DNA of 64,000 nucleotides, from NCBI GenBank assembly GCA_000092065.1, contig CP000593.1; one strand, written 5' to 3'. Below are positions 9,137 through 19,051 of the stretch, one piece after another. The position numbers and the translations under genes were made by a program. The stretch's first letter is position 1; each line of letters begins with the position of its first letter. The DNA comes from Ostreococcus lucimarinus (Eukaryota). The notes below the pieces were generated by a model that saw nothing but the letters and a program-made list of their open reading frames with translations, made no database searches and was not told the DNA's origin.

Positions 9137-9293
9137 CGCGCGCGACTGTGACCGGATAAACAGCGCGCGGCGACCGGACGCTTTTGCGGTCGGTCGCCGC
9201 GCGCGGACGTTGGCGCCACGCGAATGTTGATTTTGCGACACCGCGAGGCGGCGACGACGCGGCGTCAGATCGCGCGCGCGACCGACGCCGACG

Positions 9294-10169
9294 ATGGCGC
9301 GCGATCCGCGCGGGTTAGATCTGTTACTGCGCGCCGCGCGCACGGCGACGGAGGCGCGAGCGAGGGATAGGGATGAGACGGTGAAGAAGAGCACGACGGT
9401 TCGATTTCAAACCGCCGACGCGACGGGACGAGTCGAGGCGAAGACGAGACGACAGGGCAAAGCGCGAGCCGATGGGGCGATGCGGGACAGGACGAACGAT
9501 TTTGAACGAGGCGGGACGGCGGGTAAAGGGAAGAGAGGACGCGGGCGAGCGACGATGACGATGAAGGCGAAGGCGAACGCGCCGCCGCCAGACGTCGACG
9601 ACTCGGCCGAGGCGACGACGGTGCGCGAGGAAACGTTAGCGATCGGGGCGGAGACGTTGGCGAGGGAACACGCCGATGTGGTGATTGAACGTGTGCGGCA
9701 GTGGTTAGATGTGATGATGAGCGATGCGCGCGGGCGGTTAACGGCGCTCGAACGGAGCCAAACGAGGACGCATCGCGCGCTGGAAAAATACGACTCAGAG
9801 GAAGCACAGGACGACGTCGGGATCGAGATGCTGGTCGAGTTCGATAAGACATTGGAAATCGAGCGCAGCATCCTGGAGGAGACGATGAAGAATTTGGAGG
9901 CGATGCGCACGAAGGTTGAGTTTGAGAGCGCGAATTTGGCACTTCGGTGGTTACGCCGCTCAAATTGTGGAGGCGATGACGACGGCCAGGCGAGCGAGGA
10001 AGATCAAGCGACGGATGGACGCAAGTATTTTTATTCCTCGAGTGCGTACGCATTTCTTCAAACCGCCATCGGTGCGTTCATGAACGACACCACGCCCGCA
10101 AAGTCGGCAAAGAGCGCCGATGCGCACTCGCCGAGCGGCGTTCTAGACGCCGCGCGACTCTTTACGTGA
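9294..10169 (+). CDS. hypothetical coiled-coil protein
   Basis: ATG verified at 9294. From about 9600 onward the ORF has balanced, Glu/Leu-rich composition (VIERVRQWLDVMMSDARGRLTALERSQ...LEIERSILEETMKNLEAMRTKVEFE). The overlapping minus-strand ORFs are Ser/Pro/Arg low complexity. I recognise no family, and the start is uncertain. Confidence 0.5.
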   Translation: MARDPRGLDLLLRAARTATEARARDRDETVKKSTTVRFQTADATGRVEAKTRRQGKARADGAMRDRTNDFERGGTAGKGKRGRGRATMTMKAKANAPPPDVDDSAEATTVREETLAIGAETLAREHADVVIERVRQWLDVMMSDARGRLTALERSQTRTHRALEKYDSEEAQDDVGIEMLVEFDKTLEIERSILEETMKNLEAMRTKVEFESANLALRWLRRSNCGGDDDGQASEEDQATDGRKYFYSSSAYAFLQTAIGAFMNDTTPAKSAKSADAHSPSGVLDAARLFT

Positions 10170-10345
10170 TCCCACTCGCACTAGGCCGCACTAGGCGCTG
10201 AAAAACGTAGTACGAATTGAATGCCGATCTTAGCCGCGCGCGTAGCATTTTTAATCGGTAACCACGCCGTCGACAGATTGACGCCAAACCCTGGCGCGCG
10301 TACGAGTGCGCGCGCGCCTGCGTTCGTCCCCAGAAGCCGCCCGTC

Positions 10346-11446
10346 ATGCCCGTCGGCGTGTGCGTCATCACCGGTTTTCTCGGCAGTGGCAAGACGACGC
10401 TGGTGAATTACATCTTAAAAGCTGATCATGGGTACAGGATAGCCGTCATTCTCAACGATTTCGGCGCCGAACTCGGCGTGGAGAAGATGCTCGTCCAACA
10501 GGATGGCGTCGACGGGGACAACGCCTCGCGCACGCTCGTCGAGGATTGGGTCGAACTTAACAACGGATGCGTGTGTTGCACGGTTAAGGGGAGTTTGGTG
10601 CAAACCATCGAGGGTTTGCTGGAGAAGCGGAAGGAGATGGGGGAAAAGTTTGACTTCATCCTCCTCGAAACCACCGGACTCGCTGACCCGGGGCCAGTGG
10701 CGCGCGAGCTGTGGGTAGACGACGAACTCGTGGAGGAAGACGGGGCAGTTTTAGACTCCATCGTGACTTTAGTCGACGCATCGAACATCGAGAAGCAGAT
10801 CGAGGAGAACAAAGAGGCGACGCTGCAGGTGGCGTATGCGGATACGATTTTGTTAAATAAAGCCGACTTGGTGAAGGCGGAAGACTTAGAGCGCGTGAAA
10901 GCGCGAATAGCAGCGATTAACGCCGAAGCCGAGATAGTGGTGACGACGAGATCGAGCGTGGATTTAGGCATCGTGCTCAATCAAGGCACGGTCGCCGGTG
11001 GAGGTTGCGGTAGGAAGCCGGTTTTAGGCGAATTCGCGTCGGCGCCTCCGAGCGCGGTGGTCGCCTCGGGGGGCGGTTTCTGGGCCAAGGGTGTCGAAAA
11101 GTACGCACCTGCGTCGAGCGTGCACAATTCAGACATCAGAACCGTGTGCATCGCCACGAGTGGGTTCTTGGATGGCGAATCCTTTCAAAACTGGCTCGAA
11201 GACTTGCTGTGGGAACGACGAAACGCCGAGGGCGGCGCGGACATTTTACGCGCCAAAGGTCTCGTTTACACCGCAGGATCGGACAAGCGCCGAGTGTTAC
11301 AAGCGGTTCGCGAAGTGTACGAAATCACGGACGGGCCCGTCGAAGAGAACTCGGACGAAGTGATGAACAAGCTGGTGTTCATCGGACGTAACTTGGACGA
11401 AGACGCCTTGGCAGTCGGCCTGAAATCGTGCGTCGCGCGCGACTGA
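10346..11446 (+). CDS. CobW/HypB/UreG-family G3E GTPase (COBW-domain, ZNG1-like metallochaperone)
   Basis: ATG verified at 10346. Features: P-loop GFLGSGKTTL, metal motif NGCVCCTVKG (CxCC), LLETTGLADP, ILLNKADL, and a C-terminal CobW_C-like region (ILRAKGLVYT...VFIGRNLD). Confidence 0.85.
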   Translation: MPVGVCVITGFLGSGKTTLVNYILKADHGYRIAVILNDFGAELGVEKMLVQQDGVDGDNASRTLVEDWVELNNGCVCCTVKGSLVQTIEGLLEKRKEMGEKFDFILLETTGLADPGPVARELWVDDELVEEDGAVLDSIVTLVDASNIEKQIEENKEATLQVAYADTILLNKADLVKAEDLERVKARIAAINAEAEIVVTTRSSVDLGIVLNQGTVAGGGCGRKPVLGEFASAPPSAVVASGGGFWAKGVEKYAPASSVHNSDIRTVCIATSGFLDGESFQNWLEDLLWERRNAEGGADILRAKGLVYTAGSDKRRVLQAVREVYEITDGPVEENSDEVMNKLVFIGRNLDEDALAVGLKSCVARD

Positions 11447-11503
11447 CTGTGTTTCATAGAATTCTTTCCATGTATGTAATGTACAAATTGTGTTGCTATC
11501 GCG

Positions 11504-12220
11504 CTAACGTTCGGCCTCGATCTGCGCCAGCGCGCTCACGAGCTTGGGCGCGAGCTCCTCGACGCCGCGTTTCTCGCCATCCTTGGCGCCGACGTTTGCG
11601 CCGTGCTTCGCCAGTCGAATCGCCGCTTCGTCTTGCCCCGCTTCGCACGCCACTAAAAGCGGCGTCTGTCCGCGCTTATCTCTCGCCTCGAGCGCCATTT
11701 TCGGCACCTCTGTCGTCCCGTTCGCGAGCGCGTCCACCAAGAAATCGATCGCCCGCAGCTCCCCTCGCGCCGCCGCCCGATGCAACGGCGTCGCCCCGAC
11801 GTCGTCCTCCATCGTCAACCACCCCCTCCCTCCGCTCACCAGCGTCTCCAGCGTCCCCACGCGTCCCTTGCTCGCCGCGTAGTGCCCCGGCGTCTGCCCC
11901 CCCGGCGTCCGCGCCTCGCAATCCGCCCCTCGCGCGAGCAGCGTCCCGCACGTCTCCCGCTCCCCCAGCGCCGCGCTCGTGTGCAGCGGCGTCCACCCAC
12001 CGTCGTCCGCCGTCGTCACCACCCTCGCCATCGCCTCGCCCTTCATCCGTTCGCGCGCCAGTCGCGTCACGTCGCGTCCGCGCGCGCCCGCGGCGCACGC
12101 GCGATGAAAGCTCGTGCGTCCGTCGTCGTCGCGACGCGTCATCGCGCGCTCGAGCGCGTCGTCGTCGAGCGCGGAGAACCACGCGGCGTCGCCCGCGCTC
12201 GCGCGCTCGAGCGCGTCCAT
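11504..12220 (-). CDS. ankyrin-repeat protein, gankyrin/PSMD10-like
   Basis: ATG verified at 12220-12218. It has five to six ANK repeats (GWTPLHTSAALG, GQTPGHYAASKG, GATPLHRAAARG, GQTPLLVACEAG). Size and layout resemble 26S proteasome regulatory subunit 10. Confidence 0.7.
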   Translation of the reverse strand: MDALERASAGDAAWFSALDDDALERAMTRRDDDGRTSFHRACAAGARGRDVTRLARERMKGEAMARVVTTADDGGWTPLHTSAALGERETCGTLLARGADCEARTPGGQTPGHYAASKGRVGTLETLVSGGRGWLTMEDDVGATPLHRAAARGELRAIDFLVDALANGTTEVPKMALEARDKRGQTPLLVACEAGQDEAAIRLAKHGANVGAKDGEKRGVEELAPKLVSALAQIEAER

Positions 12221-12399
12221 CGGCGCCGCCGTGTGCCGGTCGCGGGCCGGGGTGATTGCGCGATGACTTCCCGGACTGTTTGCCCATACGGAAACTGCCG
12301 CGGACGATTTCGAGCCGTTCGTTCGCCCGTCGCCGCACCGCGCGACGCGCGACGACGGCGACGCGGGCGCCGACGCGCGGCGCGGCGACGACGGCGACG

Positions 12400-15300
12400 A
12401 TGACGCCGCGCGTCGCGACGACGGCGACGACGCGCCCGACGCCGCGCGCGACGCGAGACGAGAGACGCGCGCGCGGAGGACGACGCGCGGCGGCTGCGGC
12501 GCACGATGGACGACGAAGCGACGCGATGGGACGCGCGATGACGACGCGGGGAGGCGAACGAACGACGCGAGGACGATCGACGTCGTACGATGAAGCGATG
12601 ACGACGCGGGAGTCGGGAGAGACGCGACCGAGACGCGCGGAGACGACGATGGAGGGCGAGGGCGGGTGCGCGGCGACGGCGACGCGGACGACGAACGCGC
12701 AGGGCGTGCACACGGTGTCGATCGCGCTGAAGACGCTGCCGAAGGGAGTGGCGAACGCGAGGGAGGTGACGTTTCATTGGGGGGTGATGCGGGAAAAGAC
12801 GGGGAAGACGTGGCAGGTGTTGCCGAGCGAGTTGCACCCGCCGAACACCGAATATTACAAGGGCGACAAGGCGATGCGGAGCGCGTTTCCGGTGTGGGGA
12901 CCGGTGAACTTAGTGCTCGATCCGCAGGCGAAGAGCGTCGCGTTCGCGCTGTACGTCGAAAAGACTGGAGAGTGGATCAACGCGGTCGGGGGTGGGAATT
13001 TCGAGATCGACCTCGCGGCGGAAACGCCGTCGACGGCGGTCAAAGCGGCGGCGAGCGCCGTCGAAGCGCCCGCGCCGACGCCGAAGGAGGAAATCCTGAA
13101 GACGGCGCCGAAGGTGACTGTGAAGGCGACGGCGACAGAGATGACGAGTGCACTCACCGATCCCATCGAGCTTCTCATCGCGGACATGGCTCGTGTGGAA
13201 TGGGAAGCCGTCGGACGTCCGGGCCTCGACGCCCAGACTCGGGACGACATGCTCAGGCGCGCGGCGGATCAAATCAAAAGTAAGCTCGCCGAGGGTATGA
13301 GTTTTGAGCAAATCGCGGCCGGTGACGCTAGCGTGAAGAGTGTTCCCAAGGTTGTCGCGACTGAAGCGCCCAAGGTGGTTGCGAAGACGATTGAGACGCC
13401 AATCGCGACGAAGAAGTTTTCCCTCGAGGATTTCCAGGCTGTCGCGCAGGACAGAGCGACCGACGACACGAACGTCAAGTGGAATAAACTGTACGAAGAA
13501 GGTGGTACGACGATATTCGTGGAGGCGCGAGAAGTGAATGGTAGTGGGATCCAATTACACGTCTTGGCGGACTCCAAAGACGATCTTATCATTCATTGGG
13601 GCGCGACGACGACGACGGATGGCTCATGGAAACCGCCGCCGCACGGTTTCAGCACTCAACCCTCTCGTTCATGGGCTTCCTCGGGCAGCAGTTGGGAGAC
13701 TGAGCTCGAACGCATCAGTCCCAATCTTCGAGCGGTGACTTTGGATGTGCCGTTGGATGTAAAAGCGCGCGAGGGCATCATCTTTGTGCTACGAACAACG
13801 TCAAACAAATGGATCAAGAATGGTCGAGACGACTTTTTTGCCTCCCTCGAGGGTTCGGTTCTCGAGCGTCCGGCTAAGACGGAGAAAAAGTCGGAGCGTC
13901 GCAAAGATTCCCAACAAGATCGATCGCGTAAAGAGAGCCGTAGCGAACCAGTCGTCGTCAAAGTCGCGAAGAAGGAGAAGCCTGCGCCAATCAAGCGAGA
14001 CCGCTGGGACGTCGACGACATCGCGCTCGATCAGGGCGTATTCCAAAACTTGGGCGGTTTTGTCGCGCAGGATATGGTTGACAGGATTTGTGGCGAAGAA
14101 TCGGGTGCAACACGATCTTTGATGCATCGATACAACGCTGGCGCAGACATGTTGGGCGCAATGCACGGCGCGGGCGAACCCGGACTCACCGCCCTCTTCT
14201 GTTGGTTCCGCTTCATGGCGTTGAGACAGTTGGTCTGGAATAACGATTACAACATCAAGCCACGAGAAATTAGTGCAGCGCAGGCGAGAATGACAGAGGG
14301 TCTGAGTGCGATTTACAGACAAGATCCTGAGTACAGAGACATCGTGCGTCTCATCATGGCTACGATTGGCAGAGGTGGCGACGGAGACGTCGGTCAGCGC
14401 ATTCGAGACGAGATTCTTGCCGTTCAGCAAAAGAACAACTGCAAGGGTGGAATGATGGAAGAGTGGCATCAAAAGTTGCACAACAACACGTCGCCGGACG
14501 ATGTTCCTATTTGTGAGGCGTTGCTCAAATTTATTGCGGCAGATTGCGACATCAGCGTTTATTGGGCGCACCTTCACGCCAACGGCATTGACGCCGCGCG
14601 GATGAAAGCTTACGACCGCCAAATTTGTAGCGAACCCAGCTTCTCTCGAGATCAATACGAAGGTTTGACGGCTGATTTGACCGAGTATCTTCGCACGCTG
14701 AAGGCGGTGCACTCTGGTGCTGATCTTGATTCAGCCGCAGAGGCGTGCCTCGGTTACCACCAAGATGCGTGCAAAGGTAAGGAGATCAATATTCCTCCGA
14801 TTCGTGAAGTTGCGAGCGAACGTCTGGAAGAGCTCTTATGCGCAGCGCGAGAGTTACGTTCTGAAGATCCTTTGCTCGCGCTCGAAGCGATGATTGAGGC
14901 GAGAAGATACCTTTGGACGTGGACTCGTCCCGGCGGAAAATCAAACGATCGCATCAAGGATGTCATTTATCTCGATCTTGCGTTAGAAGGTGCGGCGCGT
15001 TCGGTCATCGAAGGATCTCTTGAATCTTTGCCTACTCGAGCTCCTTACGAAGTTTTGAGAATCATGAGCCTCGTCCTCGAGAATCTTTGCATGTCTGCAA
15101 GCGGCAACCACGAGTTGCGCATTTGCCTGAAAGAGTGGCAAAATGTGCTTGAAGCAGCGAGACGCCAAGGAGATTGGGCTTTGCAGGCAAAAGCGGTGTG
15201 CGATCGACTGCAAAACTCGCTTGGCGAAATTTCTCAGCGCTATATTGACGCACTTCAGCCGACGGCACAGAGCATGGGAAACAAGCTCGGTGTGGATGGA

Positions 15301-16833
15301 CACGTGCTCGACCTGTTCTCGGAAGAAATCATCCGTGGAACTGCAGCGGCGCCACTTTCTCAAATGCTCAGAGTTCTCGACCCAGTTATTCGTAATGTTG
15401 CGAACATGGGCAGCTGGCAAATCGTCAGTAACGCCGAGTGTAGTGGCGTGATTGTTTCGGTCGCATCCCTCGCCGATGTGCAAAATGTCAAGTATTCTCA
15501 ACCGACTGTCATTATTGCCGACCGCGTTGGTGGCGAAGAGGACATTCCGGTTGGCGTGGTCGCGATCGTTACTCCTGATATGCCAGATGTGCTGTCTCAC
15601 TGCGCCGTTCGCGCCCGTAACGAAAAGGTTCTTTTCGCTACTTTGTTTGACGTGAATGTTCTAGAACAGATGAAAGCCATGACCGGGAAATCCGTGCAAC
15701 TCAAGCCGTCTGCGCAGGGCGACGATTTGCAATTCGATGTTGTCGACGGCATCATCGGTACCGACGCGGAGGTCATAGCAACATCGTCGAGCGATTCCGT
15801 TTCGAGTGACATATCGATCATCAAACGTCCGTTTCAAGGAAAATTTGTCGCCACGTCATCAGAGTTTACCCCAGAGCTTGTCGGCGGCAAATCTCGAAAC
15901 TTGCAACTCCTTCGCGGTCGAGTCTCAAACCTCATAAAGTTACCGCCGTCCGTTGCGATGCCTTTTGGTACGTTCGATGCAGTTCTTGATGTCCCTGAGA
16001 ATGCAGGCGCAAAGAGACAAATTGCAGAGTTAGTCAAACAACTTGAAGCGTACGACTCCACAGACGGCGTTGGCTTCAAAGCACTCATTGCGGAAGTCAA
16101 GGCATGTATCGCCACTTTAAAACCGACGGCCGACCTGTCGAAAAGTTTGAAAGTCGCCTTCGAAGCCGAATCACTCGGTTGGCCGGGAGATCTCGTGACG
16201 AGCGCTCAAGGTCAAAAGGCATGGAAGACGATTCTTGGCGTATGGGCAAGCAAGTACAACGAGCGAGCCGTTTTGAGTTGCAAAAAGGCAGGGCTGAATC
16301 ACGCCGATTTGTCCATGGCTGTGCTTTGTCAGCCCGTCGTTCGTGCGCGATACGCATTCGTACTGCACACAGTGAATCCACAAAACAACGACAAGAGCGA
16401 AATTTACGGTGAGCTTGTGTGTGGTCTGGGCGAAGCGCTCGTCGGTAACTTTTCTGGTCGAGCATTGTCATTCAAGACATCCAAGAGCAATTTGGATAAT
16501 CCGACCGTCGTCGGGTTCCCTTCGAAGTCAAAAGGACTTTTCATGGAGCAAGATTCACTTATTTTCCGATCCGATAGTAACGGCGAAGACCTGGAAGGGT
16601 TCGCCGGTGCGGGCTTGTACGATAGCATCACCATGGAGGAGGCAACGTTGAAAAACGTCGACTACTCCACCGACAGCCTCATTACGGACGAAACCAAGCG
16701 ACAAAAGCTTTTAGCGACCATCTCCAAGGTTGCACTAGAGATTGAGACACTTTGTGGGTCTCCTCAAGACATTGAGGGCGCGATATCTGAAGATGGGCAG
16801 CTCTACATCGTTCAAACGCGACCTCAAGTGTAG
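12400..16833 (+). CDS. GWD: alpha-glucan, water dikinase (GWD/R1/SEX1-type starch phosphorylating enzyme)
   Basis: ORF 12256..16833 begins at TTG; the first ATG is 12400 (MTPRVATTATT). It has two N-terminal HWG repeats (VTFHWGV, LIIHWGATT) like CBM45 modules. The phosphohistidine loop is TPDMPDVLSHCAVRARNEKVLFAT. The C-terminal PPDK-type nucleotide-binding domain shows GGKSRNLQ...FRSDSNGEDLEGFAGAGLYDS...LYIVQTRPQ. Confidence 0.9.
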   Translation: MTPRVATTATTRPTPRATRDERRARGGRRAAAAAHDGRRSDAMGRAMTTRGGERTTRGRSTSYDEAMTTRESGETRPRRAETTMEGEGGCAATATRTTNAQGVHTVSIALKTLPKGVANAREVTFHWGVMREKTGKTWQVLPSELHPPNTEYYKGDKAMRSAFPVWGPVNLVLDPQAKSVAFALYVEKTGEWINAVGGGNFEIDLAAETPSTAVKAAASAVEAPAPTPKEEILKTAPKVTVKATATEMTSALTDPIELLIADMARVEWEAVGRPGLDAQTRDDMLRRAADQIKSKLAEGMSFEQIAAGDASVKSVPKVVATEAPKVVAKTIETPIATKKFSLEDFQAVAQDRATDDTNVKWNKLYEEGGTTIFVEAREVNGSGIQLHVLADSKDDLIIHWGATTTTDGSWKPPPHGFSTQPSRSWASSGSSWETELERISPNLRAVTLDVPLDVKAREGIIFVLRTTSNKWIKNGRDDFFASLEGSVLERPAKTEKKSERRKDSQQDRSRKESRSEPVVVKVAKKEKPAPIKRDRWDVDDIALDQGVFQNLGGFVAQDMVDRICGEESGATRSLMHRYNAGADMLGAMHGAGEPGLTALFCWFRFMALRQLVWNNDYNIKPREISAAQARMTEGLSAIYRQDPEYRDIVRLIMATIGRGGDGDVGQRIRDEILAVQQKNNCKGGMMEEWHQKLHNNTSPDDVPICEALLKFIAADCDISVYWAHLHANGIDAARMKAYDRQICSEPSFSRDQYEGLTADLTEYLRTLKAVHSGADLDSAAEACLGYHQDACKGKEINIPPIREVASERLEELLCAARELRSEDPLLALEAMIEARRYLWTWTRPGGKSNDRIKDVIYLDLALEGAARSVIEGSLESLPTRAPYEVLRIMSLVLENLCMSASGNHELRICLKEWQNVLEAARRQGDWALQAKAVCDRLQNSLGEISQRYIDALQPTAQSMGNKLGVDGHVLDLFSEEIIRGTAAAPLSQMLRVLDPVIRNVANMGSWQIVSNAECSGVIVSVASLADVQNVKYSQPTVIIADRVGGEEDIPVGVVAIVTPDMPDVLSHCAVRARNEKVLFATLFDVNVLEQMKAMTGKSVQLKPSAQGDDLQFDVVDGIIGTDAEVIATSSSDSVSSDISIIKRPFQGKFVATSSEFTPELVGGKSRNLQLLRGRVSNLIKLPPSVAMPFGTFDAVLDVPENAGAKRQIAELVKQLEAYDSTDGVGFKALIAEVKACIATLKPTADLSKSLKVAFEAESLGWPGDLVTSAQGQKAWKTILGVWASKYNERAVLSCKKAGLNHADLSMAVLCQPVVRARYAFVLHTVNPQNNDKSEIYGELVCGLGEALVGNFSGRALSFKTSKSNLDNPTVVGFPSKSKGLFMEQDSLIFRSDSNGEDLEGFAGAGLYDSITMEEATLKNVDYSTDSLITDETKRQKLLATISKVALEIETLCGSPQDIEGAISEDGQLYIVQTRPQV

Positions 16834-16835
16834 AT

Positions 16836-16851
16836 GCCCGCGCGCGCGGGC
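16836..16851. repeat. perfect 16-nt GC palindrome gcccgcgcgcgcgggc, starting 3 nt after the GWD stop codon
   Basis: The sequence is self-complementary when read directly. Its role as an RNA hairpin or protein-binding site is unknown. Confidence 0.9.
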
Positions 16852-17045
16852 ACCCATCAAGTATACATCTGCAACGCGCTTCAATTAGTAGTTATTGTAA
16901 ACTTAACGCACGCTAATGATAACGTGAAAGTGAGTCCGAATTTTATTTGACAAAACCGCTATCGAACCGTGATGTACGTACAGTAAATGGAGTGTTGTTA
17001 TAAGCGCAAGATGCGAGTTTTAAGGCGACCGAGTTACGTGTCAAA

Positions 17046-18809
17046 TCACGCGACGGTTCCAATCTTCGCGTCTGGAGAGAGATATTTCTTCAAGACGTTC
17101 GGAGGGTGGAGCATGTTGAACTCTTCAGTGGCATCCTTTCCGGCGAAGAGCATGATCGCTTTCTTTCCACCTGGATGATCGGGCAAGAAAGTCGTGAGAT
17201 CGTAAACGGCGCCCTCGATGATGACCCAGAGGTCGCCCTCGGAGTTGTGCTTCGCGATTTCATCCATGGTGATAGCGCGAGCACCGCCACCGCTAGACAC
17301 TGGCGCGGCGGACGCCGTGCTCATGGATGGGTTGATCTTGTCGTTCAAGTTAGCGACGCGATTAAGAGCGACGGATTGACCAGATCTAAGCGCCTTGATA
17401 GCCGTCGCCATGAGGTGTCGAGAAACTGAGGCACCCGCGACGCGACCAAAGACGACGCAATCCAACAGAGAGTTACCACCGAGTCGGTTACGGCCGTGAA
17501 TACCCCCAACGACCTCGCCCGCACCGTATAAACCAGGAATCGGTCCTGACGACCCGACGATTTGCGAATCAGTGTTGATGGCGAGTCCACCCATGGTGTA
17601 GTGCACGACGGTGCACACGATGGCGGAGTGAAAGAAATCATTCATTTCGAACGGAGCGTTGGTGAAAAACTTTTTACCGAACGGACACTTCTTCGTTCGA
17701 GCGGCTTCGTTGTACTTGGCAAAGGTGTCGGCGAGCTTTTGTGGACTGATGCCCATTTCTTTTGCAACTTCGGCACCCGTATCGTGACGCTTCATGATGC
17801 CTCGCCCGACGTAATGCTTGCAGTGCCATTCGATCTCCTTTGAAGCCTTGCCGTTCAGAATCAAACGGAAAGGCCCTTTGTTTCTGTTCATTTCACCACT
17901 GACGTAGTCTCGTCGACCGAGCTCATCGGCGAATCTGTTCCCGTCTGCGTCCAGGAGGATGCCTCCGACGCCTCGAAGCGCCTCGGCGGCTAAGAACTTC
18001 ACCTTGGAATCTGGCTCTGAAGGGTTGACTAATCCGGTAGGATGCACTTGCACAGACTCCATATCGATCGTATCCGCTCCGACGGCCAAGGCCATCTTGA
18101 TTCCATCCCCCGTGCAGTGGTCACCGTTCGTCGTCGGCAGCGCCTGCAAGTCGGGTCGGTACTTTTTCAACAACGAGTCTGACTGGTAATCCGCACCGAA
18201 ACCACCGGTAGCGATGACGACTGGACCGTACTCTTGATGTAAAGCGCCACCCTTCTCGTATTCCACCCCGATCACGGTACCACTTCCGTCCTTTAGCAAC
18301 CGCTTTGCCTCGGCTTTGGTCACGATTCGCGCAATTTCCCCATTCGTCTCCTCCATAATCTTCTCCAACCCCTCCATCAGGGCGTACGTGATCGTGAACC
18401 CTGGGAACCGCTCTTTGCCTCGATGCGTTCGCGGGAACGAGTGCCCACCGAGCTGCGCGACGAGGGACAAGTCAAGGTTAAACTTTTCCATCAACCAATC
18501 CACGCTCGAACCGCTTCCTTGCGCCAGCACCTTTGCGAGCGGCACCGTGTGTGCCGGCGCTTCGGTGTGCCCGACGCCCGCCGCGCCCTTGATGATATCA
18601 TCTTCAAACTTATCAGCGCTGTCGGGAATGTTCAACCGCGCCTGCGTCTTCGTCAACGCTCCGTTAATCCCACTCGTCGCCTTCGTGCTGTTCCCGCCCA
18701 GGAAGGAACATTTGTCGAGCAACACGACGCGCGCGCCGTGTTCGATGACGGTGTGCGCCGCGGACAGGCCCGCGAGACCACCGCCGATGACGATGACTTG
18801 ATCAGCCAT
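17046..18809 (-). CDS. soluble FAD-dependent fumarate reductase (OSM1/FRDS-like) fused to a C-terminal cytochrome b5 domain
   Basis: ORF 17046..18938 begins at GTG; the first ATG is 18809-18807 (MADQVIVIGGGLAGLSAAH, a dinucleotide-binding fold). FRD motifs: GGNSTKATSGINGA, VQVHPTG, HYTMGG, GGIHGRNRLGGNSL. The last ~80 aa (ITMDEIAKHNSEGDLWVIIEGAVYDLTTFLPDHPGGKKAIMLFAGKDATEEF) form a cytochrome b5 heme-binding domain. Confidence 0.85.
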   Translation of the reverse strand: MADQVIVIGGGLAGLSAAHTVIEHGARVVLLDKCSFLGGNSTKATSGINGALTKTQARLNIPDSADKFEDDIIKGAAGVGHTEAPAHTVPLAKVLAQGSGSSVDWLMEKFNLDLSLVAQLGGHSFPRTHRGKERFPGFTITYALMEGLEKIMEETNGEIARIVTKAEAKRLLKDGSGTVIGVEYEKGGALHQEYGPVVIATGGFGADYQSDSLLKKYRPDLQALPTTNGDHCTGDGIKMALAVGADTIDMESVQVHPTGLVNPSEPDSKVKFLAAEALRGVGGILLDADGNRFADELGRRDYVSGEMNRNKGPFRLILNGKASKEIEWHCKHYVGRGIMKRHDTGAEVAKEMGISPQKLADTFAKYNEAARTKKCPFGKKFFTNAPFEMNDFFHSAIVCTVVHYTMGGLAINTDSQIVGSSGPIPGLYGAGEVVGGIHGRNRLGGNSLLDCVVFGRVAGASVSRHLMATAIKALRSGQSVALNRVANLNDKINPSMSTASAAPVSSGGGARAITMDEIAKHNSEGDLWVIIEGAVYDLTTFLPDHPGGKKAIMLFAGKDATEEFNMLHPPNVLKKYLSPDAKIGTVA

Positions 18810-19051
18810 GTCGACGGCGAGTCTGACGACGCACGACGACGCGTTATGACGACGAACACGCGCCGCAATCCGATCGCGATTATTTTTAACGACCTCGCGA
18901 TGGGACGTCGGTCGAGGTTCGCGAACCGCGCTCGGCACCGGGACGAGATTTTAGAGACTGTGCTCGACAAACGACGCGATGAAGTCGTCGAGGGGGGAGA
19001 GAGTGGAGCGAAAACGACGCGATGACAACACAAAAATAGTATAATGTTACA

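Noticed and set aside
11428-12837. ORFs 11428..12255(+), 11676..12713(-), 11780..12403(+) and 12139..12837(-).
   Set aside because: They are antisense to, or out of frame with, the ankyrin and GWD genes, and their composition is Arg/Pro/Ala-dominated.
13801-14712. Long antisense ORFs inside conserved genes at moderate GC, for example 13801..14712(-), 14983..15600(-), 22704..23654(+), 33340..34080(-) and 35425..36085(+).
   Set aside because: Each is fully nested opposite a gene with strong family signatures (GWD, RACK1, FPGS, AsnRS). None shows a recognisable motif.
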